The notes: generated by a model not told the origin, from the letters alone. 64,000 nucleotides of DNA from Candidatus Eiseniibacteriota bacterium (GCA_044223005.1 JBGAML010000017.1:32001-96000); one strand, 5' to 3'; counted from the stretch's first letter, positions 48,806-59,444 are shown. A program made the numbers and translations.

Positions 48806-49436
48806 AAGGCCGCGCCGCCGCCGGCCAGCGCGGCGACTCGTAGCGCAGCCAGAGCACGCCGTCCTCGTCCAGTTGCACCACGGCCCCACCGCCGGCGACG
48901 TCGGTCCAGAGCGTCGCGGCCGTGCGCGGACCGTAGCGGCGCACGAAGCGCGAACGCCCGAAGCGCTCCTCATCGGCCGGGCGGCCCGGCACCACCTGCA
49001 CCGTCCAGCGCCCGTGGCGAGCCCGCAGCGAGTCCACGAGCTCGGCGTAGCGCTGCAGCCGGCTGCCGCGCGGGTCGGGCTCGAAACGCAGCATGAGCGC
49101 GACGAGCCGCCCGTCCGCGTCGTACTCGGGGATCGCCCCGGCCATGCGCCCGAACGCGCGCCCGCGCCACGGCGGCCGCTCGCCCGCGTCGTGCAGGTGC
49201 GCGAAGCCCAGCGCGGCGAGCGCGGCGTTCACCCGCGGTCCCGGCAGGTCCCACGCGAGCCCAGGAAACGTGAGCGGCGCCGCGGGCCGCACCGCGTGCG
49301 GAACGACACGGGATGCACCGGCGGAGCCGGCCGCGAGCAGCAACGCGAGCGCGAGCAGCGCCGCAACGCAACGCGGGGCCCCGCCGAAGGCGGAACCCCG
49401 CGAAGAACGCGCGGCGCGAGCGCGCCGGTACGGCAT
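48795..49436 (-). CDS. hypothetical exported protein
   Basis: Hydrophobic signal ALLALALLLAAGSAGA; FPGLAW motif; follows ccmF by 8 nt. Confidence 0.55.
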   Translation of the reverse strand: MPYRRARAARSSRGSAFGGAPRCVAALLALALLLAAGSAGASRVVPHAVRPAAPLTFPGLAWDLPGPRVNAALAALGFAHLHDAGERPPWRGRAFGRMAGAIPEYDADGRLVALMLRFEPDPRGSRLQRYAELVDSLRARHGRWTVQVVPGRPADEERFGRSRFVRRYGPRTAATLWTDVAGGGAVVQLDEDGVLWLRYESPRWPAAARPFSD

Positions 49437-49444
49437 GAGTGCTC

Positions 49445-51874
49445 CTAGGCCTTGGCCAGGTCCTGGCCGCGGCGAACGACCACGAGGAAGGCGCTCGAGA
49501 GCATGATGATCGAGCCCAGCCAGACGAGGTTGATGAACGGCTTGGTGCTCACCTCGACCGCGAGGATCTCCGCGGAGTGCGTCGCCTCGCTGCCCGGCAT
49601 CGAGAGCTGGACGCGGCCGGTCCGCGGGTCGGCGCTGACGATGCCGACCTGGCCGCCGCCCGGCAGGTAGTCCGGATTGCGCGTCTGCTCGCCCGAGGCC
49701 ATGTCGATCGAGAAGACCGGCTTGAGCGGCACCGTGCGGCCGCCGGTCTCGGCGGTCAGGTTGGCCGTCAGCTTCATCTTCCCTTCACCCGGCTCGGGCA
49801 GGAAGTTCTCGAACGTGTACTTCACCTGGCCGATCTGCTTCGACTCGCCCGGCTCGAACCACACGCCGCCGCCGCCCTCGCCCGGCGTGTCGCCGACCAT
49901 CTCGAGCGGCGAGATGTAGAGGTCCTTGGTGACGAAGCGCTCGATGTGCGGGTTCTTCATCCAGCCCTGGTTGTACTCGCTCCAGAAGAAGTGGGCCCTG
50001 GCGGTGAAGCTGCGGTCCGGGCCGTTCACGGCGATGACCGCGAGGTCCTTCCCGTCCGCCGAGTGCTGCATGCCCTGGAACGTGAGCTTGTAGCCGAGCG
50101 CGTTGCGGGCCTCGCCCACGGGCAGCTGGACCTGCGCCGACTGGCCGTACTTGGACGAAGCGATGACGCCGATCAGCAGCACCGCCACGCCCATGTGGCC
50201 CAGGTAGGCGACGCCGTGCTTCCAGCTCGCGCGGAAGCCGCGGACCGTGGTGCCCCAGTTCGCGACGAGCGCGAAGGCCATCGCGAAGATGACCGCGATC
50301 GGCATCGCGTCGCGCACACCGAGTGCGGCCGCGACCACCGCGATCACGGCGCCACCGACGGCGGCGACCATCGTCACCGGCGCGTAGAAGACCAGCGCCG
50401 CGACGAGCCAGAGCAGCAGGAAGATGCCGGCGGCCGCGACCCAGCCCGGGCTGATCCGGTGCATCCACGACATCACGAACGTGCCGAGGAAGAGCAGCGA
50501 GATCGCGAGCCCGATCACGCTGAAGACGCTCTTGAGGCCCGGCGGGCGGGCCGGGATCTCGTGCCCGCGCCAGCGCAGCAGCGGCGAGATGCCCAGCAAC
50601 AGGCCCATCGCGATCGCCAGTGGCGCGTTGACGAGGTTGTAGTACGACGTCTGCACGTTGGCCGGCGGACCGAAGAGCCGCGTGATGAGCGGCGCGCTCA
50701 TGCCCAGCGTGATCAGCAGGCACATGAGCATGAACACCAGCTGGCCGAGCCAGATGAACGACTCGCGCGAGAACGTGCCGAGCGGCTGCGCCGGCGCCGG
50801 GATGTCGTGCTGTACCAGCCGCCAGATCAGGAGGCCGTAGCCCGAGATCGCGGCGATGCCGATGAACGACAGCAGGAAGCCCGACAGGCCGAGGTTCGCG
50901 AACGAGTGCACCGAGAAGTCGGCGAGCACGCCGCTGCGCGTCAGGAACGACGCGTAGAGCACGAGCACGTACGACGTGATCGCGAGGAAGAAGTTGGTCT
51001 TCCGCAGGCTTCCCGTCACGCGCTGGACCAGCAGGCCGTGCAGCAGCGCCACGTTGGAGAGCCAGGGGATCAGCGAGCCGTTTTCGACCGGGTCCCAGCC
51101 CCAGTAGCCGCCCCAGCCGAGCACCTTGTACGCCCAGACGCCGCCCATGATGAAGCCGGTCGCCTGGATGGCCGTCGAGAACACGACCCAAGGCAGCACG
51201 GCCTTCACCCAGCCGTCGTAGTCGCGCTTGACGAGCGCCGCGCAGGCGATCGCGAACGGCACCACGAACGACGAGAAGCCGGTGAACAGCACCGGCGGGT
51301 GGATCGTCATCCAGTAGTCCTGCAGCAGCGGGTTCAGGCCGACACCGTCGGTGAACGCCTCGCGCGCGATGAGGAACGGCCCGCGCATGACGGTCACCAG
51401 CGCCAGCATCACCACCGGCAGGTTGAGGAAGAACATCGCCAGCGGCATGGAGCGGCTCTTCCACCGCATGAGTACCAGGCCGAGCGTGGCGGAGAGGAAG
51501 CCCCAGAGCAGGAACGTGCCTTCCTGCCCGCCCCAGAACGCCGCGTACACGAAGTGCCGCGGCATGCTGCGCGAGGAGTAGTCGTGCACGTACTGGTACT
51601 GGTACTGGTGGTTGAAGAGAATCCACCAGAGGAACGCCGCGCCCCCGAGGAACGCGGCCCACTCCAGCACGAACGCACCTTTGGCCAGCGGCTGGAGCTT
51701 CTCCTGCCCCATGCCCACCAGCAGCCACGCGAACGCGGCCGCGATCGAGGCGAGCAGCGCGAGCCAGCTCAGCATCTGCCCGGGATTCATCCCGGGGGCA
51801 CCCGCATTCCCGGCCGCCCACGCGAGCGCCGGAACGAGCAGCGCCAGCGCCGTCAGCGGCGCGGCCTGCTTCAC
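49445..51874 (-). CDS. ccmF: cytochrome c heme lyase CcmF/NrfE
   Basis: FWGGQEGTFLLW, GLNPLLQ.YWM.IHPP, WAY.VLGWGGYWGWDPVEN.SL.PW, RSGVL...SVHSF, KPFINLVW. Confidence 0.95.
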   Translation of the reverse strand: MKQAAPLTALALLVPALAWAAGNAGAPGMNPGQMLSWLALLASIAAAFAWLLVGMGQEKLQPLAKGAFVLEWAAFLGGAAFLWWILFNHQYQYQYVHDYSSRSMPRHFVYAAFWGGQEGTFLLWGFLSATLGLVLMRWKSRSMPLAMFFLNLPVVMLALVTVMRGPFLIAREAFTDGVGLNPLLQDYWMTIHPPVLFTGFSSFVVPFAIACAALVKRDYDGWVKAVLPWVVFSTAIQATGFIMGGVWAYKVLGWGGYWGWDPVENGSLIPWLSNVALLHGLLVQRVTGSLRKTNFFLAITSYVLVLYASFLTRSGVLADFSVHSFANLGLSGFLLSFIGIAAISGYGLLIWRLVQHDIPAPAQPLGTFSRESFIWLGQLVFMLMCLLITLGMSAPLITRLFGPPANVQTSYYNLVNAPLAIAMGLLLGISPLLRWRGHEIPARPPGLKSVFSVIGLAISLLFLGTFVMSWMHRISPGWVAAAGIFLLLWLVAALVFYAPVTMVAAVGGAVIAVVAAALGVRDAMPIAVIFAMAFALVANWGTTVRGFRASWKHGVAYLGHMGVAVLLIGVIASSKYGQSAQVQLPVGEARNALGYKLTFQGMQHSADGKDLAVIAVNGPDRSFTARAHFFWSEYNQGWMKNPHIERFVTKDLYISPLEMVGDTPGEGGGGVWFEPGESKQIGQVKYTFENFLPEPGEGKMKLTANLTAETGGRTVPLKPVFSIDMASGEQTRNPDYLPGGGQVGIVSADPRTGRVQLSMPGSEATHSAEILAVEVSTKPFINLVWLGSIIMLSSAFLVVVRRGQDLAKA

Positions 51875-52281
51875 GACGTGGTCCCTTGCCCGCGGGCCGC
51901 CGCTTCCTGCTGCTTCTCCATCGACTGGTACTTGGACGGGCACTTGACCAGCAGCTGCTTGGCCTCGAAGTGATCGCCCTGGAAGCGGCCAACGGCGACC
52001 AGGCCCATCGCCTGTGCGAAGTTGCCCGGCACGATGCCGCGGTACTCCACGTTCATCGTGTCCCCCTTGGCGTCGCGCAGGGCGAAGCGCAGGTACTGTT
52101 CGGTGGGCTTCATCACGTAGCCGCGGCTGGCGAGCATGCCGCTCACCTGCACGTCCTCGTTCGGCCGCGAGCGGGCGCCGGCGAAGTCGGTGTACGTGGT
52201 CATCGTCTGCTTGAAGCTCGTGAGCCCGATGGCGACAGCGGCGACCAGGAGGCCGACCGCAAGCATGATCTTGACGTTCAT
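51871..52281 (-). CDS. ccmE: heme chaperone CcmE (CxxxY variant)
   Basis: N-terminal TM, V.Y.G.VP.NF, LLVKCPSKY. Confidence 0.92.
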   Translation of the reverse strand: MNVKIMLAVGLLVAAVAIGLTSFKQTMTTYTDFAGARSRPNEDVQVSGMLASRGYVMKPTEQYLRFALRDAKGDTMNVEYRGIVPGNFAQAMGLVAVGRFQGDHFEAKQLLVKCPSKYQSMEKQQEAAARGQGTTS

Positions 52282-52385
52282 TTCTTCTCCAGTTCCCGCA
52301 CTCGCCTCTCGACCCGGATCAGCCACGAGAACAACAGGCCCCAGACGAGCAGCGAGACGCCCAACACGACCCAATTGCGGTCCAT
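52278..52385 (-). CDS. ccmD: CcmD-like small membrane protein (not in ORF track)
   Basis: MDRNWVVLGVSLLVWGLLFSWLIRVERRVRELEKK (35 aa) between ccmC and ccmE; stop overlaps the ccmE ATG. Confidence 0.8.
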   Translation of the reverse strand: MDRNWVVLGVSLLVWGLLFSWLIRVERRVRELEKK

Positions 52386-52388
52386 GAC

Positions 52389-53042
52389 CTACCCTCGTGC
52401 GAGCTGCAGCCGCCGCTCGAGCCGCGTCACGCGGACGCGCAGCGTCTGCAACCAGAAGAACAACACCGTGAAACCCGCCAGCATGGCCACGAAGCACTGC
52501 ACCATGAGCGGATCCATGTCGATCTTGCCCCGCTTGTTGATCAGCGGGTCCGGATGAAGCGTGTCGTACATCCGCGGGACCACGAAGATGAGGAACGGTA
52601 CGGCCACGAACGCGGCCACCGAATAGATGGCCGACAGTCGTGCCCGCTTCTCGTCCCCTTCGATGCTACCGCGGAGCGCGAGATACGCGCTGTAGAGAAG
52701 GAGGATGAAGAAGATCGAAGTCTCACGAGGATCCCAGTTCCAGTACGCCCCCCACATCGCCTTGGCCCAAAGCGCCCCGGTGACGGTGGCCGCAATGCAA
52801 AACAGCAGGCCGAGTTCGGCGGCGGCGGCGGCATGATCGTCGTTTCGCAGGTCGCGCTTCCACAAGTACAGGATACTGTGAAGCATCGACCAGCCCAGGG
52901 CGACCACGGTCACCCAGGCGGACGGGATGTGGAAGTAGATCACGCGCGTGGTCTCTTCCAGCACGGGAACGAGCGGGGCCTTGAGGAGCCCGATCGTCAT
53001 CGCGGCCGCGATCCAGACGAAGAGCAGGGTGCGCCAGAGCAT
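52389..53042 (-). CDS. ccmC: heme exporter CcmC
   Basis: IYFHIPSAW, WAKAMWGAYWNWDPRET (WWD), LHP. Confidence 0.95.
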   Translation of the reverse strand: MLWRTLLFVWIAAAMTIGLLKAPLVPVLEETTRVIYFHIPSAWVTVVALGWSMLHSILYLWKRDLRNDDHAAAAAELGLLFCIAATVTGALWAKAMWGAYWNWDPRETSIFFILLLYSAYLALRGSIEGDEKRARLSAIYSVAAFVAVPFLIFVVPRMYDTLHPDPLINKRGKIDMDPLMVQCFVAMLAGFTVLFFWLQTLRVRVTRLERRLQLARG

Positions 53043-53048
53043 GCGGGA

Positions 53049-53723
53049 TCAATCCTCCCAGAGGTGGTCGTAGAGTAGCAGGCTCGCCGCCAGCAATGCC
53101 ACCGCGTAGGCCGCCAGCAGCCGCAGCGACGAAGCGGACGGATGCCCCGCCCACATGTCGCGCGTTCCCTGCACCGCGGCCGCGAGCACCGGCAGCAAGA
53201 TCGGCAACGAAACGCCCGCGAACAGCGCGCCACGGCCGCGCGTCTGCGCGATCACCGCGCCGACCAGCGTCGAGGACGCGGCGAGCGACACGGTCCCGAG
53301 CGCCAGCACGGCGAGGAACGCGCCCCAGTTCGGGGACGGCGCGCCCATGAGGATCATGAAGAGCGGCACGAGCACGAGCTCGACGACGCCCAGGAACAGC
53401 AGGTTGAAGAGCAGCTTGCCCGTCGCGATCTCGGTCGGCGACGCCACCAGCCGCAGCATGAGCATGGTGCGGCCCTCGACCTCGCGCACGAACGCGTGGC
53501 TCATCGAGGTGAGCGTCGCGAACAGCAGCACGATCCAGAACAGGCCCGCGAGCAGGTCCGTGCGATCGCCGAGCCGGCCGGCGGCCATGCTGACCGCCGT
53601 CAGGCTCGTGACCGCGAAGAGCAGCGCCGCGTTCAATCCGTAACGCGTGCGCCACTCGCTGCGGCACTCCTTACGCAGGATCGCCCAGACCGCGGCCGCG
53701 GAGCTCGATTCGTCCCGGGGCAA
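53049..53723 (-). CDS. ccmB: heme exporter CcmB
   Basis: ILRKECRSEWRT, F.REVE.RT, GKLL.N, SLPILLP; synteny. Confidence 0.88.
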   Translation of the reverse strand: MPRDESSSAAAVWAILRKECRSEWRTRYGLNAALLFAVTSLTAVSMAAGRLGDRTDLLAGLFWIVLLFATLTSMSHAFVREVEGRTMLMLRLVASPTEIATGKLLFNLLFLGVVELVLVPLFMILMGAPSPNWGAFLAVLALGTVSLAASSTLVGAVIAQTRGRGALFAGVSLPILLPVLAAAVQGTRDMWAGHPSASSLRLLAAYAVALLAASLLLYDHLWED

Positions 53724-54339
53724 GTCGCATCTCCTGTGGGTCGTTGGTGGCGATGAGCACCAGTCCGCGTTCGGCGTGGTCGCGCACGAGGCGCTCCACG
53801 ACCGCGCGGCCAGCGTCGTCGAGGTGGGAGCCCGGCTCGTCGAGCATGAGCACCGGCGGGCGGTGCAGCACGGCGAACGCGAGGCGCAGGCGCTGCTTCA
53901 TGCCGGACGAGAACGCCGCGACGCGGTCGTCGGCGCGCGGCGTGAGCTGCACCGCGTCGAGCGCGGCGCGCACGGCGCCGCGGGGATCGGCGAGGCCCAG
54001 CGTCTCGGCCGCGAAGAGCAGGTTCTCGGCGGCGCCGAACTCCTCGTAGAACGAGAGCTCGGGCGTGGCGAGCCCGGCCACGGTGCGCCGCTGGCGCGGC
54101 GCCACCTCGCGGCCGTCGACGTGGAAGGCGGTCGTGCCGGCGGTCGGGCGCAGCATCCCGATCACGATCCGGAGCAGCGTGCTCTTGCCCGAGCCGTTCT
54201 CGCCCGTCACCGCGACCGCGCCGGGCGAGGCGACGTCGAACGCGACCGGCTGCAACGCGAGGCGCGCACCGTAGCGGTGCGAGAGCCCCTCGCCCACCAG
54301 GCGCACGGCCCGCGCGGCGGCCACGGCGGGAGCACTCAC
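53671..54339 (-). CDS. ccmA: heme ABC exporter ATPase CcmA
   Basis: GENGSGKSTL, AENL, FSSGMKQRL, LMLDEP; synteny. Confidence 0.88.
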   Translation of the reverse strand: MSAPAVAAARAVRLVGEGLSHRYGARLALQPVAFDVASPGAVAVTGENGSGKSTLLRIVIGMLRPTAGTTAFHVDGREVAPRQRRTVAGLATPELSFYEEFGAAENLLFAAETLGLADPRGAVRAALDAVQLTPRADDRVAAFSSGMKQRLRLAFAVLHRPPVLMLDEPGSHLDDAGRAVVERLVRDHAERGLVLIATNDPQEMRLAPGRIELRGRGLGDPA

Positions 54340-55364
54340 GCGCGGGGCTCCGCGGCGGCGGTGCCTTCGGCGGCGGCGATGAGCCGCGCGAGTTCGGGCA
54401 GGATCTTCGCCTTCGCGTCCTCGCGCGAGCCGCGCAGCTGGACGCCGGCGGCGTGCGGATGCCCGCCACCGCCGAGACGAGCGCAGACCTGGTCGATGCT
54501 CACGCGCCCGGTCGAGCGCAGCGACACCTTCACCTTGCTCGGTTCGACCTCGCTGAAGAGCGCGACCACGTCGATGCCCGCGATCGCGCGCGGCAGGTCG
54601 ACGAGGCCCTCGGTGTCCGCACCCACGAGCCCGTGGCGCGCGAACTGGTCGGGCGTCGCCTCGATCACCACGAGCCGGCCGTTCTCGAGCACCTGCAGCG
54701 CCGCGAGCGCCTCGCCGAAGAAGCGCATGCGCCCCGGCGACGCGGTCGCGTGCACGCGCGCCGTGGTCACGTTGGGCTCGACGCCCGCCGCGACGAGCGC
54801 CGCGGCCATGCGATGGGCGCGTGCGTCGGTGTTCGAGTAGCGGAAGTTGCCCGTGTCGGTGAAGAGGCCCACGTAGAGCGCTTCGGCCGCGAGCAGGTCG
54901 GGCGTCCAGCCCGCCTCGCCCACCAGCTCCCAGACGAGGCTCGCGGTGGACGCGAGATCGGGCTCCACCAGGTTCACCTGGCCGAAGCCGTCGTGCGTGA
55001 CGTGGTGGTCGACGATCGCGACCGCGATCGCGTGCAGGTCGAGGTGCTTCGCGAGCCGGCCGATGCGGGCCTTGTTGCTGGTGTCGAGCACGACCAGCGC
55101 GTCGGCCTCGGCGAAGCGCTTCTCGGCGAGCGCCTCGTCGTAGACCTCGATGCCGGCGTCCGCGGCCAGCCAGCCGAACGCCGCCGGCGTGGGCGAATCG
55201 TTGAGCACGCGCACGGTCTTGCCGAGCGAGCGCAGCCAGCGCCCGAAGGCGACCTCGCTGCCGATCGCGTCGCCGTCCGGGTTGACGTGCGTCGTGAGCA
55301 GGAACTTCTGGTGGCGCGCGACGAACGCGTGCAGCGCCGCGCGTTCGGCCTTGGCGGGGCTCAC
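54336..55364 (-). CDS. nrnA: DHH/DHHA1 phosphoesterase (NrnA-like)
   Basis: THVNPDGDAIGS, VLD, VDHH, TDTGNF, KVSLRS, GGGGHPHAAG. Confidence 0.9.
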   Translation of the reverse strand: MSPAKAERAALHAFVARHQKFLLTTHVNPDGDAIGSEVAFGRWLRSLGKTVRVLNDSPTPAAFGWLAADAGIEVYDEALAEKRFAEADALVVLDTSNKARIGRLAKHLDLHAIAVAIVDHHVTHDGFGQVNLVEPDLASTASLVWELVGEAGWTPDLLAAEALYVGLFTDTGNFRYSNTDARAHRMAAALVAAGVEPNVTTARVHATASPGRMRFFGEALAALQVLENGRLVVIEATPDQFARHGLVGADTEGLVDLPRAIAGIDVVALFSEVEPSKVKVSLRSTGRVSIDQVCARLGGGGHPHAAGVQLRGSREDAKAKILPELARLIAAAEGTAAAEPRA

Positions 55365-56017
55365 GTCGCGCCCCCGCGGCGCACGGGCAGGTTCGCGACG
55401 TGCGCGAGGAACCACGCGTGCAGCCGCCGGTCGTCGGTCAGCTCGGGATGGAACGCGATCGCCACCGCGCGACCCTGGCGCACGCCGACGGGATCGCCCT
55501 GGTGCGTGGCGATCACCTCGACGCCGCGGCCGAGCCGGACGATGCGCGGCGCGCGGATGAAGACGCCGCGCATCGCTCCGCCGAGCGGCGTCACGTCCAC
55601 GTCGTCCGTGAACGAGTGCACCTGGCGGCCGTAGCCGTTGCGCACGGCCTCGATGTCGATCACGCCCAGCGTGGGGCGTGGCAGCTTGTCCGCGGTACGC
55701 GAGAGCAGGATCAACCCGGCGCAGGTGCCCAGCACGGGCTTCTCGCGCACGAACCTCTCGACGCCGGCGCGCAGGCCGGTCGCGTCAAGCAGCCGCAGCA
55801 TGGTGCTCGATTCGCCGCCGGGCACGATCAACGCGTCCAGCGCCACGAGGTGCTCGGGGAGCGAGACGCGCACCGGCTCGGCGCCGAGCGTTTCGAGCGC
55901 CGCCGCGTGCAGCGCGTAGTCGCCCTGCAGCGACAGCAGGCCGACGCGCGGCGGCGACGCGTCGCGCGCGCGGACCGGACGGGCCGCGCGCGCGCGCCGT
56001 GGGGCCGGAGCGCTCAC
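55361..56017 (-). CDS. pdxT: PLP synthase glutaminase subunit
   Basis: GLLSLQGD, PGGESS, GTCAGLILL, RNGYGRQ, FIRAP, FHPEL. Confidence 0.96.
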   Translation of the reverse strand: MSAPAPRRARAARPVRARDASPPRVGLLSLQGDYALHAAALETLGAEPVRVSLPEHLVALDALIVPGGESSTMLRLLDATGLRAGVERFVREKPVLGTCAGLILLSRTADKLPRPTLGVIDIEAVRNGYGRQVHSFTDDVDVTPLGGAMRGVFIRAPRIVRLGRGVEVIATHQGDPVGVRQGRAVAIAFHPELTDDRRLHAWFLAHVANLPVRRGGAT

Positions 56018-56018
56018 C

Positions 56019-57011
56019 TCACCAGCCACGCTTGGCAAGCAGCTCCTCCTCCGACAGCGTCTCGAGCGAGATCCCGCGCATGGCCTGCGGCAGGCCGGTG
56101 CTGATCTCCTTGAGCACGTCGGGGCGGTTCCAGTTGGCGACGGCCTGCACGATCGCCTTGGCCATCCGGCCCTGCTCCTTGCGCGCATCCTTCGGCTTCG
56201 ACGGATCGCCGACTTCGAAGATGCCCGAGCCGACGAACACGGCCTCGGCGCCCAGCGACATCATGAGCGCGGCGTCCGCGGGCGTCGCGACGCCACCGGC
56301 GGCGAAGTTGGGCACCGGCAGCTTGCCGGTCGCCGCCACCTGCTGGACGAGCGCGAACGGCGCGCCGAGGTTCTTGGCCTCGGCCATCAGCTCGTCCTTG
56401 CCCATCGTGGTCATCCGGCGCATGTGCGACACCACCGCGCGCATGTGCCGCACGGCCTCGACGACGTTGCCCGTGCCGGCCTCGCCCTTGGTGCGGATCA
56501 TGGCAGCACCCTCGCCGATCCGGCGCAGGGCCTCGCCCAGGTCGCGGCAGCCGCAGACGAACGGCACCTTGAAGTCGTGCTTCCAGACGTGATGCGCCTC
56601 GTCGGCGGGCGTCAGCACCTCGGACTCGTCGACGAAGTCGATCTCGAGCGACTCGAGGATCTGCGCCTCGACGAAGTGCCCGATGCGGCACTTGGCCATG
56701 ACGGGAATGTCCACGACGCGCTGGATCGCGACGATCATGGACGGATCGCTCATGCGCGCGACGCCGCCGTCGCGACGGATCTTCGACGGGATGCGCTCGA
56801 GCGCCATGACGGCCGCCGCGCCGGCTTCCTGCGCGATCTCGGCCTGCTCGGCGTTCATCACGTCCATGATGACGCCGCCCTTCAGCATTTCGGCGAGTCC
56901 GACCTTGAGCCGGAACTGCTCGTCCTGCGACATCGGCGCGCCGTTGCGCGCCGGCTGCGAATGGCCGTTGCGCTGGGGCGCGGCGGCACGGCGGGTCGGG
57001 GTACGCTTCAC
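56019..57011 (-). CDS. pdxS: PLP synthase lyase subunit
   Basis: [52 protein letters not shown]; start is GTG 57011 or ATG 56933. Confidence 0.97.
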   Translation of the reverse strand: MKRTPTRRAAAPQRNGHSQPARNGAPMSQDEQFRLKVGLAEMLKGGVIMDVMNAEQAEIAQEAGAAAVMALERIPSKIRRDGGVARMSDPSMIVAIQRVVDIPVMAKCRIGHFVEAQILESLEIDFVDESEVLTPADEAHHVWKHDFKVPFVCGCRDLGEALRRIGEGAAMIRTKGEAGTGNVVEAVRHMRAVVSHMRRMTTMGKDELMAEAKNLGAPFALVQQVAATGKLPVPNFAAGGVATPADAALMMSLGAEAVFVGSGIFEVGDPSKPKDARKEQGRMAKAIVQAVANWNRPDVLKEISTGLPQAMRGISLETLSEEELLAKRGW

Positions 57012-57034
57012 GACGGTCTTCCTTTCCGAGCGCC

Positions 57035-58207
57035 TCAGGCGCTCTGCTCCCACGCCGGTCCGGCGAGCGCACGCAGGCGCTCCACGACGGGCGGCGTCAC
57101 CTCGGCAATGTAATCGATGTCGGCTTCGGTCGCGGACTCGTCCAGCGAGAAGCGGACGCTGGCGTGCGCGTCCTCCGGGCGCAGGCCCATGGCGACCAGC
57201 ACGTGGCTGGGGCCGGGCTCGCCCGAACTGCAAGCCGAACCCGTCGACACCGTGATCCCGGCGCGGTCGAGTTCGTGCAGCACCGCTTCGCCGTCCACAC
57301 CCGCGAAGCGGAGATTGACGATGGATCCCACGCGCTGGTTGAGGTCGCCGTTGAGCCGCGTGTCCGGAACGCCCAGCAGCAGCGCCGCGATCAGCCGCTC
57401 GCCCAGCGCCTCCACCTTCGCGGGCACGCCGGCCGCGAGCTGCGCGCGCGTGCGCGCGGCGGCGGCGCCGAATCCCACGATCGCGGGCAGGTTCTCCGTG
57501 CCCGCGCGGCGTCCTCGCTCCTGGCGGCCGCCGTGCACGATCGGCGCGACCTTCACGCGCCGGCGCACGAACAGCGCGGCGGCGCCGAGCGGACCGTGCA
57601 GCTTGTGGCCCGCGATCGTCACGAGGTCCGCCTGCATCGCGTCCACCGCGACCGGCATGCGGCCGGCGGCCTGCACCGCGTCCACGTGGAAGAGCGCACC
57701 CGCGTGCTTCACGTCGGCGCCGATCGTCTCGACCGGCTGGATCGCGCCGGTCTCGTTGTTGACCGCCATCACGGAAACGAGCGCCACGTCGGGCCCGAGC
57801 GCGTCGCGGACGACGTCGGGATCGACGAGGCCGTTGGGCTGCACGGGCAGGATCGTGAGCACCATGCCGCGCGCTTCGAGCGCGCGCGCGCTCGCGAGCA
57901 CCGAGGGGTGCTCGATCGCGGTCGTGATCACGCGCTTGCGCTCGGGCGGCAGGGCCGCCGTCGCGCCGAGCAGCGCGAGCGTGTTGGCCTCCGAGCCCGA
58001 CGCGGTGAACACGATCTCCTCGGTCTGCGCGCCGATCAGCCGGGCCACGTGCTCCCGCGCCGCCTCGATCGCGTCGCGCGCGGCCTCGCCGCGCGCGTGC
58101 ACGCTGGACGCGTTGCCGAACGACTCCTCGAGCCACGGGCGCATCGCCTCGAGGACCTCGGGAGCCGGCCGCGTGGTCGCGGCCGCGTCGGCGTAGACGC
58201 GCCTCAT
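57035..58207 (-). CDS. iscS: cysteine desulfurase, group I (IscS/NifS)
   Basis: [52 protein letters not shown]. Confidence 0.93.
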   Translation of the reverse strand: MRRVYADAAATTRPAPEVLEAMRPWLEESFGNASSVHARGEAARDAIEAAREHVARLIGAQTEEIVFTASGSEANTLALLGATAALPPERKRVITTAIEHPSVLASARALEARGMVLTILPVQPNGLVDPDVVRDALGPDVALVSVMAVNNETGAIQPVETIGADVKHAGALFHVDAVQAAGRMPVAVDAMQADLVTIAGHKLHGPLGAAALFVRRRVKVAPIVHGGRQERGRRAGTENLPAIVGFGAAAARTRAQLAAGVPAKVEALGERLIAALLLGVPDTRLNGDLNQRVGSIVNLRFAGVDGEAVLHELDRAGITVSTGSACSSGEPGPSHVLVAMGLRPEDAHASVRFSLDESATEADIDYIAEVTPPVVERLRALAGPAWEQSA

Positions 58208-59274
58208 GCCGGGCTCTCCACGGTGCCGAGCGTGTGGATGCTGACGCGCTGCGCGAGCGCGCCCGCGATCCGGCGCAGTTCGCGGGCGTAGAGGCTGTCC
58301 GGCTGCGACGCGACCACGGGCGCACCCGTGTCGCCGCCCACGCGCACCTCGGGGTGCAGCGGGATCGCGCCGAGGAACGGCAGCCCCATCGCGAGCGCGC
58401 GCTCCTGCGCGGTGCCGTGGCCGAAGATGTCGTGGCGCTCGTGGCAGTTCGGGCAGGCGAACCAGCTCATGTTCTCGATCACGCCGAGCACGGGCACCTG
58501 CAGCTTGTCGAACATGGCCACCGCCTTGACCGCGTCCTCGATCGCCACCGTGGACGGCGTCGTCACGACGACCGCGCCCGTCACCACGGTCTGCTGGATC
58601 AGCGAGAGCTGCACGTCACCGGTGCCCGGCGGCAGGTCGACGACGAGGTAGTCGCAGCCGTCCCAGGTCACGTCGTGCAGGAAGCTCTTGATGGCTCCGT
58701 GCAGCATGGGTCCGCGCCAGACGACCGCTTCGCCCGCGTCCACGAGCAGGCCCATGGACATGAACTTCACGCCGTGTGCCTCGAGCGGGACGATCTTGCC
58801 GTCCTGCGTGTAGGGCTGGCGATTGACGCCCATCATGCGCGGCAGGTTGGGGCCGTAGATGTCGGCGTCCACCAGGCCGACCGTCGCGCCGGTCTGCGCG
58901 AGCGCGATCGCGAGGTTCGCGGCCACGGTGCTCTTGCCCACGCCGCCCTTGCCCGATCCGACCGCGATCACGTGGCCCACGCCCGGCAGCGCCTTGCGCT
59001 CCGCGGACGGGTCCTTGGCCTTGCGCACGCGGCTCGTCGTCTCGATCTTCACTTCGTGCACGCCCGCGATCGCGGAGACCGCCCGGCGGCAGTCCTCCTC
59101 GATCTCGGCCTTGAGCGGGCACGCGGCCGTGGTCAGCACCAGCGTGAACGACGCGGTCCCGCCGTTCACCGCCACGTTCTCGATCATGCCCAGCGACACG
59201 AGGTCGCGGTGCAGGTCGGGATCCTGGACGGTGCCCAACGCGGCGAGGATCTGCTCTCGGGTGATCTCGGACAT
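58204..59274 (-). CDS. mrp: Mrp/ApbC/Nbp35 Fe-S carrier ATPase with N-terminal SufT/DUF59 domain
   Basis: [54 protein letters not shown]. Confidence 0.95.
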   Translation of the reverse strand: MSEITREQILAALGTVQDPDLHRDLVSLGMIENVAVNGGTASFTLVLTTAACPLKAEIEEDCRRAVSAIAGVHEVKIETTSRVRKAKDPSAERKALPGVGHVIAVGSGKGGVGKSTVAANLAIALAQTGATVGLVDADIYGPNLPRMMGVNRQPYTQDGKIVPLEAHGVKFMSMGLLVDAGEAVVWRGPMLHGAIKSFLHDVTWDGCDYLVVDLPPGTGDVQLSLIQQTVVTGAVVVTTPSTVAIEDAVKAVAMFDKLQVPVLGVIENMSWFACPNCHERHDIFGHGTAQERALAMGLPFLGAIPLHPEVRVGGDTGAPVVASQPDSLYARELRRIAGALAQRVSIHTLGTVESPA

Positions 59275-59308
59275 GTCCCCTCGTTCGGGGCCCCGGCGGG
59301 AGGACCGC

Positions 59309-59431
59309 TCAGGGCACCCGGCGCTCGTGCGAGCGGGCTTCCCACCACTCGCGGAGCCGGTTGATTCCCATGGCGAGCAGCACCGTCCCCACGATCAGGG
59401 TCGTGGCCACGATGAGCCCGTAGAAGTACAC
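59309..59431 (-). CDS. putative 40-aa single-TM small protein (not in ORF track)
   Basis: GTG start; MYFYGLIVATTLIVGTVLLAMGINRLREWWEARSHERRVP; almost all codons end in G/C; fills the nfu-mrp gap. Confidence 0.55.
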   Translation of the reverse strand: MYFYGLIVATTLIVGTVLLAMGINRLREWWEARSHERRVP

Positions 59432-59444
59432 GGCCGGCGAGCCC

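Noticed and set aside
44359..48843. 1494-aa plus-strand ORF and many other long Arg/Ala/Pro-rich ORFs
   Set aside because: Shadow frames caused by stop-codon scarcity at high GC; they overlap genes with clear motifs
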